Assembly (NCBI GenBank): GCA_964630305.1
Contig: CAZVTR010000005.1
Span: 7,153-71,152, forward strand
Length of the DNA stretch: 64,000 bases
Direction: 5' to 3'
Source: an uncultured Treponemataceae bacterium
GTDB taxonomy: Bacteria; Spirochaetota; Spirochaetia; Treponematales; UBA12059
The notes below the pieces were generated by a model, which saw nothing but the letters and a program-made list of their open reading frames with translations, was not told the origin of the DNA and made no database searches. Below, piece after piece: positions 30,105 through 38,299 of the stretch. Position numbers and translations under genes: made by a program. The first letter of the stretch is position 1, and the number at the start of each line of letters is the position of its first letter.

Positions 30105-30455
30105 ATGTATGCTCCAAAGATATTTTAATAGTCAAAAATCTACTACATTATAGTTAATAATAAGAAAAATTTAAAATTTTAAAATTACTCCATTAAAAAT
30201 CTTACATCAATTAAGTTAGTTGTTTTATCGTAAATTTTACCTGAATTTATGTCAACTATACGAACTGCCTCATCAAAAATCTTACCCAAATGAGGTCAGA
30301 TGCCTCATCATAAATTCTTACCAAAATTTATGTACACTATATCTTCCCCCATCTTCCTGCCACTTGACTATATTATACAAACATAGTACATAACAGTAGC
30401 CATGATGTACGATCATAGCGCCTGTGCTTACTCCTGGTATAGCACAATATTGTGA

Positions 30456-30538
30456 GCCGGCATGGCGGAATGGCAGACGCGATGGACTCAAAATCCATTG
30501 TTCGCAAGGATGTGTGGGTTCAAGTCCCACTGCCGGCA
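30456..30538 (+). tRNA. tRNA-Leu (anticodon CAA), type II with long variable arm; CCA not encoded
   Basis: Hand-folded cloverleaf. Acceptor GCCGGCA/TGCCGGC, anticodon stem ATGGA/TCCAT with loop CTCAAAA, 16-nt variable arm, T arm GTGGG-TTCAAGT-CCCAC, discriminator A. Confidence 0.9.
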
Positions 30539-30582
30539 CTATTGAGCTTTTTGTAGTACAACTGTACTATCCGACAATCACT

Positions 30583-30891
30583 ATGAACCAATCCAACGAT
30601 ATACATCAGGAATCGCATATTGTCTGCAGACCAGGCTGCGGTGCCTGCTGTATTGCGCTATCGATTGCTTCCTTGATCCCGCCACGGTTTTCTGGAGAAC
30701 AGGCAGAGCCCAAACCTGCCGGGGTTGCCTGCAGGTGGCTTGATGATGAGTATCGCTGTATGCTCTATGGCAGCAGTTTGCGGCCTCGCGTGTGTGAGTC
30801 ACTCAAGCCGGAACGAGAAATGTGCGGCACATGCCGTGAAGAAGCGCTCAGCTATCTTGCAATGCTCGAAGAGAAAACCCGTCCTGAATAA
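30583..30891 (+). CDS. YkgJ-family (CxxCxxCC) zinc/iron-chelating cysteine-cluster protein
   Basis: MNQSNDIHQESHIVCRPGCGACCIALS... plus C-terminal Cys residues. I chose the ATG at 30583, because the longer track ORF (30424) would overlap the tRNA. Confidence 0.75.
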   Translation: MNQSNDIHQESHIVCRPGCGACCIALSIASLIPPRFSGEQAEPKPAGVACRWLDDEYRCMLYGSSLRPRVCESLKPEREMCGTCREEALSYLAMLEEKTRPE

Positions 30892-30967
30892 TTCAGCATA
30901 ACGTGTCTATCAAACGGTCGCTTCTAATGAGCGCTAAAGAAAGTTGTTAAAAATCATCTAAATTATG

Positions 30968-30996
30968 TTGACAATTGGTTTGTGTCGCAATATACT
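30968..30996 (+). promoter_or_regulatory. sigma-70 promoter TTGACA-17nt-TATACT
   Basis: A perfect -35 hexamer (30968..30973), a 17-nt spacer and a near-consensus -10 (30991..30996). It lies 45 nt upstream of the ATG at 31041. Confidence 0.6.
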
Positions 30997-31016
30997 TTGA
31001 ACAACAAAGTACTTTG
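30994..31016 (+). promoter_or_regulatory. overlapping palindromes ACTTTG-aacaa-CAAAGT-ACTTTG (candidate operator at the -10/+1 region)
   Basis: CAAAGTACTTTG (31005..31016) is a perfect 12-bp palindrome. A third ACTTTG half-site overlaps the -10 hexamer. Confidence 0.35.
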
Positions 31017-31040
31017 ATATTGTGAAAAAAGGAGATTGCG

Positions 31041-31652
31041 ATGTATTCCGAACAGGAACTCGATCGGGTTCAAAAACAGCTTGCTGTCATGCGGGATATG
31101 GTTAACCAGTGCCAAAAGCTCGTGCTTGAAGACGGAACGCTGTACATACTCTGGGGCAGTCTTGCAGTTATTGCCTCGCTCGTAACCTATGCGCTCATGT
31201 GGATCAATGCGCCGGTATGGACAGTGGTTGTGCTCTGGATTGCTGTGTTTTACGGTCCGGGAATGCTGGTCACCTATCTCAAAGTGCGCAATAAAAAGAA
31301 GCATGTAGTGACATTTGGAGAGCGAGTCATTGGCCGGCTCTGGCTGGGGGTAATCATCATATCGATACTCAGCGCCATACTAAGTTCGCTCCAGGTACTG
31401 CCTTGGCAGGTAATTGTTGTAATTCCGTTTAGCTTTGGGCTCGTCTATTTCCCGCTCGCTGTGCTCCTCGACTGGAAGCCGCTCTCGTTTTTTGCGCTCG
31501 TCTGGATAGCAGGCGGTGTTGTCATGCTCTTTGTGCCGTTTGTCTATTCATTCCTGGTGCTCGATGCGCTCATTATTGTCTGTGAGATTATTCCTGGGAT
31601 ACTCATAAAACAGCGGGCGCGTAAGCAAATTGATGCAGCGCAAGTAGAGTAG
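31041..31652 (+). CDS. integral membrane protein, unknown function
   Basis: 203 aa with about five transmembrane segments. AAGGAG lies 6 nt upstream. It is immediately followed by a winged-helix regulator gene. Confidence 0.65.
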   Translation: MYSEQELDRVQKQLAVMRDMVNQCQKLVLEDGTLYILWGSLAVIASLVTYALMWINAPVWTVVVLWIAVFYGPGMLVTYLKVRNKKKHVVTFGERVIGRLWLGVIIISILSAILSSLQVLPWQVIVVIPFSFGLVYFPLAVLLDWKPLSFFALVWIAGGVVMLFVPFVYSFLVLDALIIVCEIIPGILIKQRARKQIDAAQVE

Positions 31653-31664
31653 AGCAGGCCGGCT

Positions 31665-31997
31665 ATGAGCGATGCTACTGACGGAATCGGTTTTAACCCT
31701 GATGCTGTTGATGAACTCCTGCACAACCCCGTAAGGCTGGCAATTATGACTGCGCTCTCACAGGTGGAGCAGGGAGATTTTAATTGGCTTAAAGAGCTTA
31801 CGAAGGCTACCGATGGCAATCTCGCGACACATCTCAGAAAGCTTGAGGAAGCTGACTATATCAGGGTTACAAAAACGTATAGCGGGCGCAAACCTGTGAC
31901 TTACTACGCGCTTACTAATAAAGGAAGCAATGCGTTAAAGAATTATATCACTATGCTTGCGTCTATTGTAAAGAATTTTGAAGCAGGTTCTTGCTAA
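31665..31997 (+). CDS. winged-helix DNA-binding transcriptional regulator (HTH_34/ArsR-like)
   Basis: LHNPVRLAIMTALSQVEQGDFNWLKELTKATDGNLATHLRKLEEADYIRVTK...YYALTNKG is the typical wHTH pattern. Confidence 0.75.
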   Translation: MSDATDGIGFNPDAVDELLHNPVRLAIMTALSQVEQGDFNWLKELTKATDGNLATHLRKLEEADYIRVTKTYSGRKPVTYYALTNKGSNALKNYITMLASIVKNFEAGSC

Positions 31998-32029
31998 TTG
32001 AGAACCTTGAAAAACTAAGGAGGTTGTAT

Positions 32030-32572
32030 ATGAAAACAAGGAAACAAGCTGTTGTGCTGGCGGTTTTACTTGCTGTTGCCGCAGCGGCTGGGTTTGCAGA
32101 GGATGTGAACACGCCTCAAGGCTTTTCAGTGTCGTACATGTTAACAGATCTTGCGGATAACTTTGGCATTGGTCTTGAAGTGCAATCGCCGCTGTTCTTT
32201 TCGTTTGCTGCATTGCGGATAGATGCATTTGCATTCTGGCTCAATGCACCGGAGAGCGCAGAGCTCTGGTACCCATTTTTAGCAGTACGTGCAGGACTCG
32301 CGGGTTATTCGTTCATCCAAAATCAAATTGTTCGCCTCTATGGCTATGGTGGTGTTGAGTGTGTGTTTCCGGGACTCTGGACTGACTACATCGATATTGA
32401 GCAATTCCGTATAGGCGGCTTTGGCGGGTTTGGCTTTGAGTTCTTCTTTATGCCGCAAGCATGCTATTTCATCGAGCTTGGGTCAACGGGCTCAGGCGCA
32501 ACAACGAGGTACGACACGAGGCTCTATCGGAATGGGTTCGAAGTGCTCGTCGGGTTGCGCTGGTACTTTTAG
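32030..32572 (+). CDS. small secreted protein, beta-barrel-like (ends in aromatic F)
   Basis: The ATG at 32030 has AAGGAGG 6 nt upstream. Signal peptide MKTRKQAVVLAVLLAVAAAAGFA. Gly/aromatic-rich strands and a C-terminal ...LVGLRWYF. Confidence 0.6.
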   Translation: MKTRKQAVVLAVLLAVAAAAGFAEDVNTPQGFSVSYMLTDLADNFGIGLEVQSPLFFSFAALRIDAFAFWLNAPESAELWYPFLAVRAGLAGYSFIQNQIVRLYGYGGVECVFPGLWTDYIDIEQFRIGGFGGFGFEFFFMPQACYFIELGSTGSGATTRYDTRLYRNGFEVLVGLRWYF

Positions 32573-32634
32573 GCTGGTGACAATATTACGGTAAGCAGTA
32601 CTGTGAACTCCAAGTAAGAACAATGAAGAGTAGC

Positions 32635-32672
32635 GGCACAGGTTGCAGTAAAACCTGTGCCGTGCTTTTTTT
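32635..32672 (+). terminator. rho-independent terminator
   Basis: GGCACAGGT-(9 nt)-ACCTGTGCC followed by GTGCTTTTTTT. Confidence 0.8.
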
Positions 32673-32721
32673 AAGCAGGTGATGTATACTGTGTGTACTA
32701 TCGATTTGCAGGAGGTTACAC

Positions 32722-33363
32722 ATGCAGGAGGTACACAGCTGGCATGCTGAGGCACTGGGAAAGCAGGCTGCAGCATCGCTTGTTAAAAATGGTTTTACCG
32801 CAGAATATTTTGATACTCGAGAGAAACTCATTAAGGCTGTTGATGCAATGCTCGCGCCAGGCATGAGTATTGGTTTTGGCGGTTCAATGACAGTGCGAGA
32901 ATTAGGCATTCTAGACAAAGCTAAAGAGCGCGGCTGTACCATTCTTGATCACAATGCGCCGGGAATCGATGCGGAAACCCGCATGAGCATCTTGCGCAAG
33001 CAGCTGACAGCCGATTTATTTATTTCCAGCACGAATGCGCTCACGCTCGATGGTGAGCTTGTGAATGTCGATGGCAATGGCAACCGTGTGGCTGCATTGA
33101 GTTTTGGTCCCAAAAAAATACTGGTGATTGCTGGCATCAACAAAATAGTGAGCACACTCGATGATGCCTTTGCGCGCATCGAACTCACTGCATCGCCCAA
33201 AAATAATAAGCGGCTCAATAAGCCCAATCCCTGCACCAAAACTGGATACTGCATGGATTGCGACACAGATACGAGAATTTGCCGCATCTACTCAATACTC
33301 AAGCGGAAGCCCGCAGCATCGGATTTTACCGTGCTCATAGTCGGAGAAGCGCTCGGATTCTAG
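32722..33363 (+). CDS. LUD-domain (lactate-utilisation LutB/C-like, DUF162) protein
   Basis: 213 aa. GFGGSMT...LDHNAPG...SSTNALTLDGELVNVDGNGNRVAA...K, plus a C-terminal Cys cluster (CTKTGYCMDCDTDTRIC). AGGAGG lies 6 nt upstream. Confidence 0.75.
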   Translation: MQEVHSWHAEALGKQAAASLVKNGFTAEYFDTREKLIKAVDAMLAPGMSIGFGGSMTVRELGILDKAKERGCTILDHNAPGIDAETRMSILRKQLTADLFISSTNALTLDGELVNVDGNGNRVAALSFGPKKILVIAGINKIVSTLDDAFARIELTASPKNNKRLNKPNPCTKTGYCMDCDTDTRICRIYSILKRKPAASDFTVLIVGEALGF

Positions 33364-33435
33364 TGCATGGTGCATAGTTAGCATGCAGCAAGGCAGGCTA
33401 GCTCCATGCTGCACTGCTGGCAAAGTACACGCTGG

Positions 33436-35670
33436 CTAATCGAGCACCTTCTGCCGCACCTCGGCTGCATAGCCAGGATCGGGTGCTTGCAAAACGGGTA
33501 TATCATCATAGCGTCCGACATTGTTCCAAAAGGTCATTCCCTGATTGACTGCCTGGTAAACACCTTCTACTTCTTTTGCAACATAGGCAGGTGAGTAGTA
33601 AAGCCTGTCGTAGGATACGTTCATGTAAAATGCCTGCACATAGGGACGGACCACAATCCGGTTTTTGCCGATAGTCCAGGTTCTGAGGCTGCCGAGCTTA
33701 TAAATTCGATAGGGCCGCATCTCTGCAGGGGCAAAGGCTAAAAAGTTTTGCTCAAAGTGCGATGGATAAAACATTGGGCAGATGACATCAACATAGCGGG
33801 AAAGGAGTTCAACATCCTGCCCGGTACGCACGCCGGATCGATACCAGCCATTGACACCGTAAATATCAATGCTGATGGGACCGGGAATCTGTTCTCGCGC
33901 ATAGTTGAGAAATGAGATGAGCGCGCTCTCTTTGTCCATTCCCGCGTCTTTCCAGCGATAGGATGCATCGCCAATGTTGACACCGTCGGTCGGGAAGCGG
34001 ATATAATCAAACTGGACTTCATCAAAACCGCGTGCCAGCACTTCTCGTGCTATTGCAACATTGTATTCCCAGATGCGTTCGCAGTAGGGGTCAACCCAGT
34101 ATTCTTTGTAATAAATTTTTTCCTGTGATGATTGTGTGCCGGTAGCCGCTGGCTGATTGGCTCCCTGTGGGCTTGCGGTGTTTGCATTGCTTCCAGCGGC
34201 TGGGGCTTGCGGAGCAGGCGCAGCTGCTCCAGTTTGAGTTTCTTGAGCAGTGCTAGTGTTTGCTAACCGGTACCCCTGCCAGGGTGTTTTGTTTTTCGCA
34301 TCGTATACAGCATATTTCCCGTTTCCATATTGATACATATGCTGATCCTTAAACACGACAATGCGAGCGACAAGATAGATCCCCTCGGCTTTCATTTCTT
34401 TTGTAAATGCATCAATGTCGATGGTGGCACCTGGTTTGTACATAGACTTAACGAGCGGATCATTTGATATGTATCGAAGCTTTCCGTAGTCGTCTTTAAG
34501 ATCGATCGTGAGCATGTTAATATTGTTGCGTTTCATGAGCTCAATGTATTTTTTTCTGGTCTGCTCGTTGATGATGTAGCCGGTCTGGAGATAAATCCCA
34601 TTTTTATTAGCTGCTCGTGCAGTATACGGGTTAAACTCTCTTTCTGCAAAAAACCAGAGTTCAGAAAGCGAAAGAGCAGGCAGTGCACTAAATGTGCTAA
34701 CACCGGGTTTAACGGTGATTGCCGAAGGCGGCTTCGGTTCACTGGAATTATTTCCGCTGCTATAGAGTGCAAGCAGCCGTTCCGGTATGAGGGTTTTAAG
34801 CTTTTCTATGAGAGCCTGTTCTTGAACCGCCTGTGTGAGTCCTGCGGCTGCGCTGTATTGCAAAAGCTGATGGTTAGAAACAGCATAAAAACCTGTGTTA
34901 GTGAGCGAGAGTGAGTCCATGCTAAAAAAATCAGTCTGCGCTGTAAAAACACGTTCAAACTTGCAGTCTGTCCCTAATGCCCGGTATATGACAGGAAGAA
35001 AGCTGTTGACAGCCCAGATAACAGGAGCTTGTTCCCCTTTTGCAACTTGTATGTCTGCAATTTCATCGGGGCTCGTTGTTGGGCAGCTTTGAGCAAAGTT
35101 GCCTGCTGCTTTTCTCCAGGAGCCTTTAGGGAGTTCGCGTATGAAAAGGCCGCGTATTGCACTTGAGAGCAGAACAGTGAGTTTGGGTGAGCTGAATACC
35201 GCAACAGCTTTAATACCGTTTGAATCGGATGGATTGCCGAGGCTGGTCCAGTTTTTGCCCCCGTCATAGCTAATATATGCAGCATCTTTAGTGCAGGTTA
35301 CTAACGTTTCATGGTTATAGGGATCAAACTCCAGGTCTTTGAGTTCATGGATAATTTCAACAAGTTTTTTTTGTCCGTTGTTGATGAGCTTAATGGTCTT
35401 TACGGGCAGTTTGTTGCTTCTCGTTTCGTAAGATTGCAAGTCTTTGGAAAAAAGAATTCCCTGATTGGTTAAAAAATACCAGCCGAGATTGGTTTTGAGT
35501 ATCTTTCTGCATTCGATATCAGGAGGAAATGCGGTGAGCTGGACGGGCTTACCGTCACTCACAGCAAAAATTCCCTTGCTGGTGCCCACGAGAAGTTCCT
35601 GGGCGGTAACTGCCGGCATAATCAAACAAATGAGTGTGATGATGCATATGTGATGTGACAAACGCTTCAT
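33436..35670 (-). CDS. secreted putative glycoside hydrolase (DUF4015/GHL-type TIM barrel) with N-terminal beta-propeller-like domain
   Basis: Signal peptide MKRLSHHICIITLICLIMPAVTAQ. C-terminal half: NMLTIDLKDDYG...GIYLVARIVVFKD...WVDPY...GFDEVQFDYIRFP. An A/P/Q/T-rich linker interrupts the barrel region. Confidence 0.7.
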   Translation of the reverse strand: MKRLSHHICIITLICLIMPAVTAQELLVGTSKGIFAVSDGKPVQLTAFPPDIECRKILKTNLGWYFLTNQGILFSKDLQSYETRSNKLPVKTIKLINNGQKKLVEIIHELKDLEFDPYNHETLVTCTKDAAYISYDGGKNWTSLGNPSDSNGIKAVAVFSSPKLTVLLSSAIRGLFIRELPKGSWRKAAGNFAQSCPTTSPDEIADIQVAKGEQAPVIWAVNSFLPVIYRALGTDCKFERVFTAQTDFFSMDSLSLTNTGFYAVSNHQLLQYSAAAGLTQAVQEQALIEKLKTLIPERLLALYSSGNNSSEPKPPSAITVKPGVSTFSALPALSLSELWFFAEREFNPYTARAANKNGIYLQTGYIINEQTRKKYIELMKRNNINMLTIDLKDDYGKLRYISNDPLVKSMYKPGATIDIDAFTKEMKAEGIYLVARIVVFKDQHMYQYGNGKYAVYDAKNKTPWQGYRLANTSTAQETQTGAAAPAPQAPAAGSNANTASPQGANQPAATGTQSSQEKIYYKEYWVDPYCERIWEYNVAIAREVLARGFDEVQFDYIRFPTDGVNIGDASYRWKDAGMDKESALISFLNYAREQIPGPISIDIYGVNGWYRSGVRTGQDVELLSRYVDVICPMFYPSHFEQNFLAFAPAEMRPYRIYKLGSLRTWTIGKNRIVVRPYVQAFYMNVSYDRLYYSPAYVAKEVEGVYQAVNQGMTFWNNVGRYDDIPVLQAPDPGYAAEVRQKVLD

Positions 35671-35920
35671 ACAAATTCCTGACTATCGTGATTGGATTTG
35701 GCGCACTGCATTATATATCGGTATGCATATAAATTCATAGTGGTTTTTCATAGGCTTGCTTGAGAAAATTTAGTATATTTGCTTACATACTAGCACAAAC
35801 AGAATAACTCAGGCATTTTCAGGATGGCTTGGGCTACAGGGGGAGCGCAAGCTCGTTTTGAATTGCGAGTGTATCTGGATGTGCTTTATTGAGCATGAGT
35901 ATTTTTTAGAGGAGTATGTA

Positions 35921-36553
35921 GTGAAGAGGAAAGAGCACACAGTGAACTGGGAAGCCGTCGATGCAATTATCGATGAGGCATTAGCCGCCGTTCAATCCGC
36001 CAATGATATTGAGTTAATTCATGAGTGCAGAAATCGATTTAGGATAAAAGTACCATTGTTCAGCCGTGCCTATACCGCTGCTGTCATGGCTCTGATGCTC
36101 TCTGGGAATTATGGTTATACGAGAGGAAACCGAAAAACTTCGCACTTTAGTGCAAAGGGGAGCGAGCGAAACACTTCAGACGCAAAGCAACTGATGCCGC
36201 GCTTTACGGGTGAGGGAACTACCATTTTTATCAGTGCTGGCAGAAGACAGCGCATGTTCCCGAGGATTATTATTAAAATGATAGCATCAATACCCGGTAT
36301 GGATCCTTCTAAAATAGGAAATATCCGCATTATGGATAATTACAGCTTTGTAATAGTAGAGCCATCGAGCGCAGAGACGGTGATTGCAGGTTTAAACGGA
36401 AAAATGTACAAAGGAAGACCGCTTGTAGTGAATCATGCACGCAAAAAAGATGAGTTAGAAGCTGCTGTTGAAGAGACTGATTTAGAGAATGATATGCTCG
36501 ATGATGCTATGAGCACTGCTGATACGGATGAGTTGAGCGATTCAGAGGACTAA
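35921..36553 (+). CDS. stand-alone DbpA-type RNA-binding domain protein with acidic tail
   Basis: The GTG at 35921 follows GAGGAG. C-terminal GTTIFISAGRRQRMFPRIIIKMI...IGNIRIMDNYSFVIVEPSSAETVIAGLNG..YKGRPLVV resembles the DbpA/DeaD C-terminal RNA-binding domain. There is no helicase core. Confidence 0.7.
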   Translation: MKRKEHTVNWEAVDAIIDEALAAVQSANDIELIHECRNRFRIKVPLFSRAYTAAVMALMLSGNYGYTRGNRKTSHFSAKGSERNTSDAKQLMPRFTGEGTTIFISAGRRQRMFPRIIIKMIASIPGMDPSKIGNIRIMDNYSFVIVEPSSAETVIAGLNGKMYKGRPLVVNHARKKDELEAAVEETDLENDMLDDAMSTADTDELSDSED

Positions 36554-36580
36554 ACGTTACTACTTCCCCCTGGTGCTAAT

Positions 36581-36622
36581 GACTTTCGGTTGTATACATT
36601 GTGTTAGCCGAAAGTCTTTTTT
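36581..36622. terminator. intrinsic terminator hairpin
   Basis: GACTTTCGG-(18 nt)-CCGAAAGTC followed by TTTTTT, between convergent genes. Confidence 0.7.
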
Positions 36623-37556
36623 ATATCAGCGTTCGGAGTATGATAAATACAATTACTGCATTTATTGTATACCCTGCCAAAAAAAAGAACCCGCTTAAAA
36701 GAAAATTTATCAAAGCAAGCCGTTTCCAGTATGCAATATTCTTTTTTGATGGATATGGATGCAGCACTGTTCCAGCGCTATGCAGGAGCGTGACATCCCT
36801 TCGCGCTCTAAAGTAGCGGGCGCGGCGCCAGAACCTGCGATAGAGGGCAAAACCAGCAACTCCAGGCGGAAGAAACGGGAGTATCGGAGAAAAAGCCAGT
36901 GTGAGGCTAATTGCTGCAATGAGCGAAATTACTTTAATGGACATAACGCCCACGACGACCCCTGTCATTGCGAAAATGCCTGCGGCGAGAGCTATTTTGG
37001 TAAACGGATTCCAGTATTCATTAACTGGTCTTCCTGCAAAAACGCCAAGATAGATGACATGCTTTTCCGGAACATCATGGATGAGAATGAGTGGTTTGGT
37101 ATCTGATGAGCAAAACAGAGGAGTCCCGTTGCTATACAAGAGTGTCCCTGTAATAAAAATTGAGCTTCCTACAGGAATAGAGGGCAGGGTATTCCAGGTG
37201 CACCGTTCAACAGTGTATTCCTGCTCGCGGTTTCTGATGCGTCCATACCGCAGCGATCCTGAGAGTATGTAAATGGGTGTGTCTTTTAAACAAACTTTGA
37301 TGCTGGCTCCATCGACAGTCACCCAAATTGACTCATCAACGCCAATGGCATTTATGATTCCATACGCTCTGCAAGCAAAAGGAGTCTGTGATGCGTTTAA
37401 AATAGCTTTTTTTGTAAGCACAGGAAGTGTTTCGGATGTGATGAGCGTCTGTCTAAACATATGCCATTGCGAACGTACAAAGAGGGCTCCTGCAATGGGG
37501 AGGAGAACAAAAAAGAAGAGCGCAAAGAGTAGTGTCAGAAACGGTAAAAAAAACAT
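36621..37556 (-). CDS. integral membrane protein, unknown function
   Basis: 311 aa with hydrophobic N- and C-terminal segments flanking a soluble central domain. No recognised motif. Confidence 0.6.
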   Translation of the reverse strand: MFFLPFLTLLFALFFFVLLPIAGALFVRSQWHMFRQTLITSETLPVLTKKAILNASQTPFACRAYGIINAIGVDESIWVTVDGASIKVCLKDTPIYILSGSLRYGRIRNREQEYTVERCTWNTLPSIPVGSSIFITGTLLYSNGTPLFCSSDTKPLILIHDVPEKHVIYLGVFAGRPVNEYWNPFTKIALAAGIFAMTGVVVGVMSIKVISLIAAISLTLAFSPILPFLPPGVAGFALYRRFWRRARYFRARRDVTLLHSAGTVLHPYPSKKNIAYWKRLALINFLLSGFFFLAGYTINAVIVFIILRTLI

Positions 37557-37624
37557 GCATGATCCTTTTTGCTAGTTGTGCTTACTACTTGTACCAGGTG
37601 TGCTTCTCTTTGTAGTATATCAGT

Positions 37625-38284
37625 ATGATTGATAAAATTCGAGTCGGACCTATCGGTCTAAACTGTTACTTCATTAAACAGCAGGCTGCACCGCTTGTTA
37701 TTGTCGATCCTGGTGCAGAGGCAAAGGTTATTGCAAAACGAGCGCTCGAACTGCAAGCGCGAGGACTCGTGCTCATCGCGCTTACGCATGGGCACCTGGA
37801 CCACACAGGAGCGCTCCCTGAACTCAAAGCCATACTGGAAGCTCAAGGCAGTACAGTGCAGGTTGGCATTCATACGCTCGATGCGCAGTACCTAGGGAAA
37901 ACAGCACGCGATATCAATGAGCGTATTTTTCGCGGCATCAATGCAGTGGGATACTTTAAAAAATTTTTCACCGAAATGCCTGAACCGGATTTTGTCTTTG
38001 AACATCGGGGTGTGCTTCCGGAAACGGCGATACAGGTACTGCATACGCCGGGACACACGCAGGGGAGCTGCAGCTTTTACATACCTGATGAACAAACAGT
38101 ATTAACGGGAGATACGCTGTTTTTGGATGGACGTGGCCGCACCGATAATTTTGATTCCGATGAAATTTTGCTTTTGGAGTCGATTACTCAAGTTCTGTTT
38201 TCATTGCCGGACAATACCCGTGCTTTTCCTGGTCATGGCGATGAAACAGTGCTCCGGCATGAAAAACGCTACTATACTTTATAA
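37625..38284 (+). CDS. MBL-fold metallo-hydrolase (glyoxalase II-like)
   Basis: THGHLDHTG (HxHxDH motif), HTPGHTQGS, and GDTLF...GR. Confidence 0.85.
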   Translation: MIDKIRVGPIGLNCYFIKQQAAPLVIVDPGAEAKVIAKRALELQARGLVLIALTHGHLDHTGALPELKAILEAQGSTVQVGIHTLDAQYLGKTARDINERIFRGINAVGYFKKFFTEMPEPDFVFEHRGVLPETAIQVLHTPGHTQGSCSFYIPDEQTVLTGDTLFLDGRGRTDNFDSDEILLLESITQVLFSLPDNTRAFPGHGDETVLRHEKRYYTL

Positions 38285-38299
38285 AACAGGAATACCATT

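Noticed and set aside
28284-30538. Classical tRNA-targeted integrative island
   Set aside because: The AT-rich DNA lies on the 5' side of tRNA-Leu, not at its 3' end. No integrase gene is present, and I found no direct repeat of the tRNA 3' half at the phzF-side boundary. Horizontal origin is still likely from composition, but the mechanism is not supported.
30424-30582. N-terminal 53-codon extension of the ykgJ-like ORF (track 30424..30891), and the minus-strand ORF 30318..30539
   Set aside because: Both overlap the hand-folded tRNA-Leu(CAA) at 30456..30538. The conserved Cys-cluster protein begins naturally at the ATG at 30583.
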